Shown in pieces: positions 1 through 7,270 of a stretch of 54,242 nt of DNA. Each line of letters opens with the position of its first letter. The stretch's first letter is position 1. The stretch lies in the IMG/VR virus record IMGVR_UViG_3300045837_000080, positions 1 to 54,242 of that record; one strand, 5' to 3'. This stretch comes from a virus (taxonomy: Duplodnaviria; Caudoviricetes). The notes below the pieces were generated by a model, which did not search any database, was not told the DNA's origin, and saw only the letters and a list, made by a program, of their open reading frames with translations. The position numbers and the translations under genes are program-made.

Positions 1-33
1 CTTCCTCGCAGCGGCGAGCCTCTGGCTTTCCAA

Positions 34-107
34 GCCCGCATAGCTCAGTGGAACAGAGCGTCGCACTACGGATGCGGATGTCGGGGGTTCGAGTCCCTCT
101 GCGGGTG
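34..107 (+). tRNA. tRNA-Arg(ACG)
   Basis: Cloverleaf: acceptor GCCCGCA/TGCGGGT, D arm TAGCTCAGTGGAACAGAGC, anticodon loop CT-ACG-GA, T loop GGTTCGAGTCC; no encoded CCA. Confidence 0.95.
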
Positions 108-108
108 C

Positions 109-300
109 ATGGTACGGCAGCTAACGCAGGAGCAGATCCAGCGCGTCCGGGAGCTGATCCGGCGCTGGGAGGGCGTCCCGGCGCCTTGCGGGATCAGCTA
201 CGCTGACATCTATAACCCGTGCCTCCCGGAATACGATGACGACGGCTGGCTGGTCTGCGTCACCTGCTGGCGCAAGCAGAAGCCGGCGATAACTCCGTAG
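109..300 (+). CDS. hypothetical protein (63 aa, CxxC)
   Basis: ATG directly after the tRNA; fills the spacer. Confidence 0.55.
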   Translation: MVRQLTQEQIQRVRELIRRWEGVPAPCGISYADIYNPCLPEYDDDGWLVCVTCWRKQKPAITP

Positions 301-309
301 GGTAATGTG

Positions 310-426
310 ATGAGGAAGAAACCTAAGACCCGCAGGAACGTCTGGTGCATCATCTGCCAGCGGAAGATACGCTATCATGTGAGGAAGCTTCCCGCGAAGC
401 ACTGGTGGCATTTCAAGGTCGGCTAG
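310..426 (+). CDS. small basic hypothetical protein (38 aa, MRKKPKTRRNVWCIIC...)
   Basis: Hand-translated ORF; its stop lies inside the 5' end of tRNA-Val. Confidence 0.4.
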   Translation: MRKKPKTRRNVWCIICQRKIRYHVRKLPAKHWWHFKVG

Positions 427-488
427 CTCAGCGGCAGAGCAGCCCGTTCACACCGGGCAGGTCCGGGGTTCGACTCCCTGGCTGACTA
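417..488 (+). tRNA. tRNA-Val(CAC)
   Basis: Acceptor GGTCGGC/GCTGACT, anticodon stem GCCCG/CGGGC with loop TT-CAC-AC, T loop GGTTCGACTCC. Confidence 0.95.
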
Positions 489-490
489 CC

Positions 491-664
491 GGACGCTGAG
501 TCCCCCCGTCTTGTACAGGGCGAGGCGGGGCACCCCAGTCTCAGCGTCCTCAGCGTGGCTGGAGGAGAAGCCTGCTAGCGAGGCGGATCATCCTGCGCCA
601 GGGTGGAACCTGGCTCCGGCGGCGGACGCGCCGTGCATCCCCTGAGCACAGGGGCAGCTGCTCC
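491..664 (+). ncRNA. candidate structured non-coding RNA(s) of unknown class
   Basis: Stems GGACGCTGAG/CTCAGCGTCC (491-549), GCCAGG/CCTGGC, CGGCG/CGCCG, CCCCTG/CAGGGG, closed by GGAG/CTCC; lies between two tRNAs; no convincing ORF. Confidence 0.4.
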
Positions 665-666
665 AT

Positions 667-740
667 GGTGGCTGAAGCCAAAACGGTTGAGGCACTGGGC
701 TGTGAACCCAGGTAAGCGAGTTCGATCCTCGTCGGTCACC
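667..740 (+). tRNA. tRNA-His(GTG) with encoded G-1
   Basis: G-1 plus GTGGCTG/CGGTCAC-C acceptor, anticodon stem CTGGG/CCCAG with loop CT-GTG-AA, T loop AGTTCGATCCT. Confidence 0.93.
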
Positions 741-758
741 CGAGGAAAGGAGATCATC

Positions 759-794
759 ATGATCAGGTATTATCCGGGGTCACCTCATAACTGA
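759..794 (+). CDS. 11-aa micro-ORF MIRYYPGSPHN (possible leader peptide)
   Basis: Strong RBS AAAGGAG about 6 nt upstream of ATG; ends 4 nt before tRNA-Tyr. Confidence 0.45.
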   Translation: MIRYYPGSPHN

Positions 795-798
795 CCCT

Positions 799-881
799 GC
801 CAGGGTATCCAAGTCCGGCTAAAGGAATCCGACTGTAACTCGGCTGCTTCGGCTTCGGGGGTTCGAATCCCTCCCCTGGTA
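799..881 (+). tRNA. tRNA-Tyr(GTA)
   Basis: Acceptor GCCAGGG/CCCTGGT, anticodon loop CT-GTA-AC, type II variable arm GCTTCGGC, T loop GGTTCGAATCC. Confidence 0.93.
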
Positions 882-882
882 C

Positions 883-1155
883 GTGTGCACGCACTGCAGT
901 ACGAACATGGCAGAATACGACTGGAGCGACCCGCAGCTCACCCTCGCCTTTCATGACGGGTGGCTGTACCCGCACGGTCGCCACGGATACAATTCCACGC
1001 CAGAAGAGATAGCTGCGGCGACGGGACGGTGCCCGTTCTGCCGTGATCCTGCCAGCATCCACTACCGGGGTCCGCAGATGAGCATCCGTGCCCCCGTCCC
1101 CTGGATAACGGTGACTGATGACGCAAGCGAAGATCCGCCCGAAGACGAAAGATGA
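883..1155 (+). CDS. hypothetical protein (CxxC motifs)
   Basis: ORF track; start uncertain. Confidence 0.45.
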   Translation: MCTHCSTNMAEYDWSDPQLTLAFHDGWLYPHGRHGYNSTPEEIAAATGRCPFCRDPASIHYRGPQMSIRAPVPWITVTDDASEDPPEDER

Positions 1156-1678
1156 ACTGAAACAGCAGCGCCGCAGGGTCTCGCACTCCTGCTGGGGGTA
1201 CGCCCCCGGGGGGATCGTCTGCGCCGTGCCTCACCCCCTGCACGGGGTCAACCTGGGGACGCTGCTGCGCACCTGCGAGGCGGTCGGAGCGTGCTTGGCT
1301 GTCCCCCACTACCCGTGGGTGCCGCAAGCGCTGAGCAAAGGCTACACGATCTCCCAGCGGGGCTGCGTGCACTGGATGCGCCCGTCCGCCATGAAGTGGA
1401 TGGAGCGCGAGCGGGAGCGAGGCAAGGACAACCCGGATGAGTATGTGAACATCATCGGGGTAGAGCTTGCCGACGAGGCGGTCCGGCTGGCGGACCTGCC
1501 CGTGCGCGGGAAGCGGCGGAGCATCGTGGTGATGGGGCACGAGAAAGAGGGGATTCCCGCCGCCATGCTGCCCCTGCTGGACACTGCGGTGGAAATCCCC
1601 ATGGTGGGAGCCGGGACGACGCTGAACATGGCGGTCGCCGGCTCGCTGGTACTCTACAAGCTGGCTGGACTGGTCTAA
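1118..1678 (+). CDS. SpoU/TrmH-family RNA 2'-O-methyltransferase
   Basis: SPOUT motifs NLGTLLRTCEAVG, VVMGHEKEGIP, VEIPMVG..TLNMAVAGSLVLY. Confidence 0.92.
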   Translation: MTQAKIRPKTKDELKQQRRRVSHSCWGYAPGGIVCAVPHPLHGVNLGTLLRTCEAVGACLAVPHYPWVPQALSKGYTISQRGCVHWMRPSAMKWMERERERGKDNPDEYVNIIGVELADEAVRLADLPVRGKRRSIVVMGHEKEGIPAAMLPLLDTAVEIPMVGAGTTLNMAVAGSLVLYKLAGLV

Positions 1679-1684
1679 GTGAAG

Positions 1685-1813
1685 ATGCTCACCGTCCCGA
1701 AGGACTTGCGGCACGTCGTCCGTGATACGATGAGGTTCTGCGTGATCTGCATGGACATCTGCCGCCGGGGCGACCGGTGCGAATGCTGCAGGGAAGTGAT
1801 GCGTAATGGGTGA
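1685..1813 (+). CDS. small Cys-rich hypothetical protein (42 aa)
   Basis: Hand-translated MLTVPKDLRH...CVICMDICRRGDRCECC; overlaps the next start. Confidence 0.45.
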   Translation: MLTVPKDLRHVVRDTMRFCVICMDICRRGDRCECCREVMRNG

Positions 1814-2027
1814 GACGGAGAAGCGGCTCGCGGAGATCATCGACCGGAACGAGCGCAACGGGGTGCTGGTGACCATCCCCGGGTGGCGGGAGCACGACAT
1901 GACCGCCACGGTGATCCGGTGGAGCCCGGGGGACCCGAACGCCCTCGCCCACGCGATCATCAACAACGTCCAGGGGGAGACCGAGCTGATCCTGGACGGG
2001 AACAGGTTTTTCGTCAGGCGGGCGTGA
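1806..2027 (+). CDS. hypothetical protein (73 aa)
   Basis: GC3-rich codons; coupled to the upstream ORF. Confidence 0.6.
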   Translation: MGETEKRLAEIIDRNERNGVLVTIPGWREHDMTATVIRWSPGDPNALAHAIINNVQGETELILDGNRFFVRRA

Positions 2028-2034
2028 GCCCGTT

Positions 2035-2103
2035 GCCCCCGGTAACGGATTTTCCCCTGTCCCTCCGAAGGACGGGTGTCCGGTTCGACTCCGGGCGGGG
2101 GTA
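2035..2103 (+). tRNA. atypical tRNA-Arg(CCG), D-stem degenerate
   Basis: Acceptor GCCCCCG/CGGGGGT, 7-bp anticodon stem with loop CT-CCG-AA, T arm TCCGG-TTCGACT-CCGGG; only 69 nt with no canonical D stem. Confidence 0.75.
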
Positions 2104-2104
2104 C

Positions 2105-2260
2105 GTGAGGAAATGCCGGAGCTGCGGCGATCAGATGTCCAGGCACGTCCGGTTCGACGGGCGCAAGGTATGGGCGTGCCGCTGGTGCGCACGCCAGGAA
2201 ACCTTGTGGCTTCACCGCCGCGTCCGGGGGGGCAAGCAAGAGATGGACCAGGCGGTATGA
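2105..2260 (+). CDS. small zinc-ribbon-like protein (CxxC..CxxC)
   Basis: GTG start after the tRNA; CRSC...CRWC. Confidence 0.5.
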   Translation: MRKCRSCGDQMSRHVRFDGRKVWACRWCARQETLWLHRRVRGGKQEMDQAV

Positions 2261-2283
2261 GAGAGCCAGGCGGTCCAGGTAAT

Positions 2284-2356
2284 GGCGCTGTGCTGAAATG
2301 GTTAACAGAGCCGCCTGCAAAGCGGTTATTTGGGAGTTCGAATCTCCCCAGCGTCT
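2284..2356 (+). tRNA. tRNA-Cys(GCA)
   Basis: Acceptor GGCGCTG/CAGCGTC, U discriminator, anticodon loop CT-GCA-AA, T loop AGTTCGAATCT. Confidence 0.95.
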
Positions 2357-2358
2357 CG

Positions 2359-2523
2359 ATGAGAATATACTGCCTGCGCTATGAGGCGCTGCCTGACGGC
2401 AGCCTCCGCATCCTCGACCTGTCTCTCGTTGACGATGATCACCTGTACGGGAAGGGCGGAGACTGGGAGTCTCATATCCCTGGCGAGGTGATCGCAAGCC
2501 CGGGTATCCCGCCTTCCTCCTAA
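2359..2523 (+). CDS. hypothetical protein (54 aa)
   Basis: ATG right after tRNA-Cys; 3' end overlaps the next tRNA-like RNA. Confidence 0.45.
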   Translation: MRIYCLRYEALPDGSLRILDLSLVDDDHLYGKGGDWESHIPGEVIASPGIPPSS

Positions 2524-2573
2524 GAACGGTCAGGGTAACAGGATTGATGCGGGTTCGAATCCCGCCTCGGGCG
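2498..2573 (+). tRNA. atypical tRNA-Arg(CCT)-like RNA lacking a D arm, with long variable region
   Basis: Acceptor GCCCGGG/CTCGGGC, 6-nt connector, anticodon loop CT-CCT-AA, 18-nt extra region, perfect T arm GCGGG-TTCGAAT-CCCGC. Confidence 0.7.
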
Positions 2574-3417
2574 CGGAAGGATAAAAACGGGACCCTCCGT
2601 GCCAGTAAGCGGACATAATCCCAGCTTTCTTGATGAGAACATGGCATGCCGGGCATGGTTCTCGTGTCACGTAAATCGTGCATCCGGTCAAGGAGCCGTG
2701 AGAATTACGGATGGCGTTATCTTCGCTGTGCCGGCTGATACAATTATCGTAGTTACCGCCATGCGGCTGGTCAGCATAGGACATGAGACCTCGCGGGCAT
2801 GCGCCAGCCAGGCATCCCGGTGCCCCAGGCTCCGTGCCTACATAACCTGTGCCCGCTATAGAGCCATCTGCCCTGGCAATGACTGAACCGACTTTGCTGC
2901 GACGGCAATCAGAGCGCGCAGCGACGGCTGCCGCGATCATCATGAAGTAGGCATGCTTGTCCGGGCGCGTAGGGACGCCGATCAGGTACTGGAAGACCTT
3001 CCATGCGGAAGTGGCGGTATCGCCGATCCCCCCGATGACTTTGTTGTGGTATCTACAGAGAACACCCCGGAAGGCACTGGTAGCATGATCATGGTCATAG
3101 ACGAGATCTTCAGTGCTGCCGCAGATTGCGCATTCTCCGTCTTTCATCCTCTCTCGGTAAACCTCAAGAGAAATGCCGTACCTGTGGTAAACTTCCGAGC
3201 GTTTCTTGCTTTCTCTCTCGCTGGCGTCGCCTACATGCTTGTGCTCAGGACACCACTGCGGCTTGCGTCCAGGACCTGCATGCTCGAACAGAATGCCGCA
3301 TTCCCTGCATTTTCCGAAGCCTTTAGGAGCTGTATGGATTACCGTATCCTCTCTGTCGCGCCAGGATTCATCCAGGCGGCTCCGATCACCCGGGTGGTCA
3401 TACCATGACCCTCGCAT
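2530..3417 (-). CDS. endonuclease VII-type HNH fused to dCMP deaminase
   Basis: CAICG..DHDH...RGVLCRYHN (EndoVII), then YFMMIA..RSDC..KVG, HSEDNAI, EPCPAC (deaminase zinc motifs); start uncertain. Confidence 0.85.
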   Translation of the reverse strand: MRGSWYDHPGDRSRLDESWRDREDTVIHTAPKGFGKCRECGILFEHAGPGRKPQWCPEHKHVGDASERESKKRSEVYHRYGISLEVYRERMKDGECAICGSTEDLVYDHDHATSAFRGVLCRYHNKVIGGIGDTATSAWKVFQYLIGVPTRPDKHAYFMMIAAAVAARSDCRRSKVGSVIARADGSIAGTGYVGTEPGAPGCLAGACPRGLMSYADQPHGGNYDNCISRHSEDNAIRNSHGSLTGCTIYVTREPCPACHVLIKKAGIMSAYWHGGSRFYPSAPEAGFEPASILLP

Positions 3418-3519
3418 CCGGCATGCCCTCCACGGGCTTCTGGGGGACGCAGCTGGGCACTTTGCTGATCGTCATAGGGGGGGTCGTCCTGCTGTTCCTG
3501 TTCATCATGAGCGGGTTCG

Positions 3520-3918
3520 TCATCCCGGACTGGCGGGAGAAGCGCCGGGAGCGCCGCAGGAGGAAGCGGGCGCAGCCCTGAGCCTGTACCGGATCAGCTC
3601 CGCCCCGCAGATGTTGAACAGGACGGCGGCGGCGTGGTCCTCGTCATCCTCCCCGGTGAGCCACTGGATGAGATGGCGGAACGCGGATTCCCGCATGCGG
3701 GCAAGCTCCGCCTCCGAATCCGCCTTCTCCCAGTTCCGCTCCCCGTACTTCACCGCGCCCCGGGTCATCAGCTGCGCCCAGCGGGTGAGCATCTGCTCCT
3801 CGCAGGGGACGTCCCGCGCGAGGAGCAGGTCGAAACGCGGCTTGCCCCCTCGGGCGTCACGGCGCATGCCCGACGGGAAATCCTCCATGACTCCGGAGTC
3901 TTTCGTCTCGAAGGTCAC
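3520..3918 (-). CDS. dATP/dGTP diphosphohydrolase-domain protein (DUF5664-like)
   Basis: GKPRFDLL, GAVKYGERNWEK, SAFRH, EDHAAAVLFN motifs; GTG start after GAAGGAG. Confidence 0.8.
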   Translation of the reverse strand: MTFETKDSGVMEDFPSGMRRDARGGKPRFDLLLARDVPCEEQMLTRWAQLMTRGAVKYGERNWEKADSEAELARMRESAFRHLIQWLTGEDDEDHAAAVLFNICGAELIRYRLRAAPASSCGAPGASPASPG

Positions 3919-4043
3919 GCATTCTCCTTCTCCGGGCGCAGCCAGGTCACCTGCCGGCAGGTCAGGCACCTGATCCACCGGCAGGGGATGCTCTCGCAGT
4001 GCGGCTGGGTCTCTTCCCCGCCGCAATAGCCGCACGGTCTCAC
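3915..4043 (-). CDS. small Cys-rich protein (42 aa)
   Basis: GTGA overlaps at both ends; CGYC..C..C..CLTC. Confidence 0.5.
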   Translation of the reverse strand: MRPCGYCGGEETQPHCESIPCRWIRCLTCRQVTWLRPEKENA

Positions 4044-5002
4044 GCGGTCACCCGCATGGTCGCCGCCGCCCCGCCCGGCGCCGCCACCGAGACGTCATAT
4101 GCCCATCCGCTGACCAGCCCGCTGATCACCGCCTGGGTGGTTGCCACGGTCAGCTTGTCCGCGACGATCCCGTTCATCTGCCGTACCTCGACCGCGTACC
4201 CGGTCGCCGGCTTGCCTCCTGACAGCACCGCGTCCCAGGTGAGGGTAAGCGTCACGCCGCTGATCTTCAGGTTGCCCGGGGCGGGAATCCCGCCGGGAGC
4301 TTTGTCCAGTGCCGCCCAGGTAACCGGCTGGACCACCCCGTCGGCGATCATCCCGTGCGCCGACTGGAATGCCTTCAGCGCCAGCAGCGTCAGGTTCCCG
4401 AACAGCCCGTCGGTGATCAGCGGCGGCTTCTCTCCCTGCGCGTTCAGCCGCTGCTGCAGATGGGCGACCGGCGCTCCGCTCATCCCCTGGACGAGCACCG
4501 GCTCGGCGCCGAAGAAATCATCAGCCAGCAGGGACTGGTCGGCGTTCAGGCTTCCCTTGCGGTCAGTCCACTGGGTGCCGTCAGCAGGGATGCTCAGCAG
4601 CTTGCATGTCGCCGGACCGCAGATGTGCGGCGTCCCGGTGTAATGGGCGCTCCACAGCCGGAACGACGCCCGGGGAATCCCGGCAGCCTTGACCGCCGGG
4701 ATCAGGTCTGAGTTCATCAGCGACGCGCTCGCGTAGAAGCACGGGCGGCTAGCGCCGCGCGCCTTCTGCCGCTGGTACCATCCCGCCGCCATGGCGACGG
4801 TCGCCGCCCCGCTCTCGATGTCCAGGCAGTCCGCGTCATTGCCCAGCACGGAAATGCTCAGGTGATAGGCAGCCGGGAAATGCCGGGTCACCCAGTCGTA
4901 ATTCGGCTGGCTGCCCACGTGCCCGTCCACGTACCCGGCATATGCCTGCCCGCCGGGGGGGAACTGGTCATTGAACGCCGAGTCGTACATGGAAAGAGTC
5001 AT
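4040..5002 (-). CDS. endolysin (glycoside-hydrolase-like domain + PG-binding + FN3-like)
   Basis: YAGYVDG/LDIESG/WSAHYTG catalytic region; LQQRLN..DGLFG..T..ALKAFQ..DGVV..TW PG-binding domain; C-terminal FN3-like domain. Confidence 0.85.
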   Translation of the reverse strand: MTLSMYDSAFNDQFPPGGQAYAGYVDGHVGSQPNYDWVTRHFPAAYHLSISVLGNDADCLDIESGAATVAMAAGWYQRQKARGASRPCFYASASLMNSDLIPAVKAAGIPRASFRLWSAHYTGTPHICGPATCKLLSIPADGTQWTDRKGSLNADQSLLADDFFGAEPVLVQGMSGAPVAHLQQRLNAQGEKPPLITDGLFGNLTLLALKAFQSAHGMIADGVVQPVTWAALDKAPGGIPAPGNLKISGVTLTLTWDAVLSGGKPATGYAVEVRQMNGIVADKLTVATTQAVISGLVSGWAYDVSVAAPGGAAATMRVTA

Positions 5003-5229
5003 CCGGAACCTCCGGGGGAAGGATATGCGGTATTTTCCTGGCTGTCATCCGCAGGCTGCGCAATGCTCGCATGGACTTCCTGCATCAAGGTCAGGTGCAC
5101 CTGGTGCAGGCGGTGGATTGCCCGCAGCTTCAGCCATACCAGCACCCCGACGATCGCCGATGCCACCAGGTTCGTCCACAAGGGCACCCACAGGTCCAGG
5201 TATACCCAGTGGTAGAGGAAGGTTCTCAC
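4999..5229 (-). CDS. membrane protein (holin-like)
   Basis: One hydrophobic helix; adjacent to the lysin. Confidence 0.55.
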   Translation of the reverse strand: MRTFLYHWVYLDLWVPLWTNLVASAIVGVLVWLKLRAIHRLHQVHLTLMQEVHASIAQPADDSQENTAYPSPGGSG

Positions 5230-5414
5230 CGCTCCTCCTTTATCTCATGATCGCAATCGCAGGGCTTGCGGCACCTGCGGTGCCAGCTGGATGCCAGCGC
5301 CAGGACGCGGGCAGCGAAATCAGGGTCAGCTCCCGGGGGGATTTCCTCCGGCAGGAGCCCGGCTATCTGGCAATGCCGGCACGTTACCTGTCCCACCGGT
5401 CGGATATGCACCAC
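5226..5414 (-). CDS. small Cys/His-rich hypothetical protein
   Basis: ORF track; stop overlaps the next start; start uncertain. Confidence 0.4.
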   Translation of the reverse strand: MVHIRPVGQVTCRHCQIAGLLPEEIPPGADPDFAARVLALASSWHRRCRKPCDCDHEIKEER

Positions 5415-5527
5415 AGCAGCAGCCCCAGGAGGGCGAACAGCCGGTCATCCCACACCCCGTGCTTAACCTGCCAGGCATCGAAGATGACGGCGATGGCAAG
5501 GCTGATGATGGCAGCGATCCTGACCAT
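5384..5527 (-). CDS. small 2-TM membrane protein (holin candidate, 47 aa)
   Basis: AAAGGAGG RBS; MVRIAAIISLAIAVIFDAW...LFALLGLLLWC. Confidence 0.65.
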   Translation of the reverse strand: MVRIAAIISLAIAVIFDAWQVKHGVWDDRLFALLGLLLWCISDRWDR

Positions 5528-5537
5528 GATGCCTCCT

Positions 5538-5915
5538 TTAGCTCCCGTTCCCCCCGTTCGCCGGGTGATTGCGGCGGGACTGGAAGAATTCCAGCCGGGT
5601 TACCCGCTTGCCCAGCCCGTTCAGCTCGGTATGCACTCCCGCGATGAAATCCGACATCTGCACCCCGAGTTTCGCCTGGGTGTCGGTCAGCCGGGCGATC
5701 GCCTCGGTGTTCGCCGCAAGCCGCTCGCTGTTCTCCCGCGCCGCGCGCACTGCCTCCGCCTCGTCCACCCACTTCTTGCGCTGCCGGGACAGGAACCGCC
5801 GCATCCCCTCGAAGAACCCGGCGACCAGCGCGACGCTGGCGAGGACGTAGTAGATCGTGTCGACGGACGTGCCCGAGGCGGGCGGGGGCTCAGGGGCGAA
5901 CGGCAGCATCAGCAT
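5538..5915 (-). CDS. TM + coiled-coil protein (holin/lysis-associated)
   Basis: N-terminal TM helix then heptad-rich region. Confidence 0.65.
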   Translation of the reverse strand: MLMLPFAPEPPPASGTSVDTIYYVLASVALVAGFFEGMRRFLSRQRKKWVDEAEAVRAARENSERLAANTEAIARLTDTQAKLGVQMSDFIAGVHTELNGLGKRVTRLEFFQSRRNHPANGGNGS

Positions 5916-6160
5916 CCCAGGCTCGCTTTCAGGTCAGCCAGGTTCTGCGCGATCAGCCTGCCCCGGGGGATCTGCGGCGGCGAGCCAGGCGGGGGCGGCA
6001 AAGTCAGGGTCCGCAGGAGGGAGCAGAAATGATGCTGGCTCTGCGAGATCTGCCAGGAGACATACCCCCCGGTCAGCGCCGTCCACGTGACCAGGCACAG
6101 GACTGCGGTGATCTCCGCCCGCAGCGTCATCCGCCGGAAGATCTTGCGCAGCGGCACCAT
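5909..6160 (-). CDS. membrane protein (lysis cassette)
   Basis: GGAGG RBS; TM helix; C-terminal Cys. Confidence 0.6.
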   Translation of the reverse strand: MVPLRKIFRRMTLRAEITAVLCLVTWTALTGGYVSWQISQSQHHFCSLLRTLTLPPPPGSPPQIPRGRLIAQNLADLKASLGC

Positions 6161-6216
6161 AACACCTCCGCGATCGTGTACACTGGGAACGGAGTATCAG
6201 AACAGAGAGGAAACGC

Positions 6217-6540
6217 ATGAAGAAGATCCTGGCGGCAGCCGCCATCGCGGGTACCGCGCTCGCCGCAGCCGCCCTCCCGGCGGGTGCCAGCACTCATCCC
6301 AAGCCCCATCACAAGTTCCAGGTGGTGGTCAGCATCAACGACGGTCCCACCGGGGTCCTCAAGACCTCCGCCCCCCTGCACGCGGGCGAGAAGCTCACCC
6401 TCATCGGGGTGGGCACCGGGACGTTCACCGTCACCTCGGTCACGCCGCAGGGGGCGCAGGACAGGGTGACGGTGAGCCCGGCGCTCAGCCCGTCATTCCA
6501 TGACACGACGCTGGACTTCCGCGTCGTCGCGGGCAGCTAA
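6217..6540 (+). CDS. secreted protein with Sec signal peptide
   Basis: MKKILAAAAIAGTALAAAALPAGA signal; GAGAGGA RBS; upstream TACACT -10-like box; opposite strand to its neighbours. Confidence 0.75.
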   Translation: MKKILAAAAIAGTALAAAALPAGASTHPKPHHKFQVVVSINDGPTGVLKTSAPLHAGEKLTLIGVGTGTFTVTSVTPQGAQDRVTVSPALSPSFHDTTLDFRVVAGS

Positions 6541-7268
6541 GCCGGAACCCCGGGGGGCGGGGTAAGGTCTGCGCTCTCCCCCCGGGGCTCCTCCAGCCAT
6601 TCACGGGGGCATGTACCTTCTTTTACCCACCGGGGGTGGTTCTCATTCACCTCGCGCCGCCACAGGGCTTTCCCGTCCGGGTGCAGCCAGCCCTCGTCCG
6701 GGGTTTCCCCCATCAGCGACAGCCGGGTCCCGGCGTTGACGATCGCGGGAAGTCCCTTGCGCATGTCCCGCATCCCGGCGAACGAGCCCGTGCGGCGCCA
6801 TTCCCGCGCCACCGTCCCCCGCCACAGATCCTGATGAACACGCTCGGCGCGGTAGGCGCACCAGCGCATCTCCAGGACCACCGGGACGGGGATCTTGCCT
6901 TCCGCCAGCTCCTTCACTACCCATGCCGACGGGATCTCGTCGATGTTCCCGTGCAGGATGATGTCGTGGGGCTCCCCGTTGATCCCGTGCGCGAGGTAAT
7001 CCCGCAAGGCGTCCTTGCGGACATGCGGGTCCGCGTCCGGGAGTTCCTCCGGGTGCACCAGGACGTGGTTGTACTTCCCGTGCCAGCGGAAGAACCGGTC
7101 AGATAGCCTGTTCTCCCAGTAATGCGCGGGCTTAGGGTTCCCGCCGAAATCCACGGTGGATTCGGCGATGACGATGGTCACCTGCGGGATATCCTCGTAC
7201 TCGCGGAACCTGGTTTCCAGCAGGTCCAGCTCATCGTGCAGGATCACGCAGTCGAAAACGCGGGGCAT
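6537..7268 (-). CDS. GT17-like glycosyltransferase (beta-1,4-GlcNAc transferase family)
   Basis: VFDC...ELDLLETR, VIAES..F.GNPKP, DIIL..IDEIP motifs. Confidence 0.75.
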   Translation of the reverse strand: MPRVFDCVILHDELDLLETRFREYEDIPQVTIVIAESTVDFGGNPKPAHYWENRLSDRFFRWHGKYNHVLVHPEELPDADPHVRKDALRDYLAHGINGEPHDIILHGNIDEIPSAWVVKELAEGKIPVPVVLEMRWCAYRAERVHQDLWRGTVAREWRRTGSFAGMRDMRKGLPAIVNAGTRLSLMGETPDEGWLHPDGKALWRREVNENHPRWVKEGTCPREWLEEPRGESADLTPPPGVPA

Positions 7269-7270
7269 GG

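Noticed and set aside
561-664. tRNA-Sec or SRP RNA
   Set aside because: No 7-nt UCA anticodon loop, no TTCGA loop, and no SRP CAGG/GGAA/AGCAG geometry
2536-2538. In-frame TTA at the end of the deaminase gene
   Set aside because: Penultimate sense codon, dictated by the antisense tRNA sequence; no landing site needed
938-2683. 581-aa - strand ORF
   Set aside because: Antisense to tRNAs and the TrmH gene; no recognisable domain
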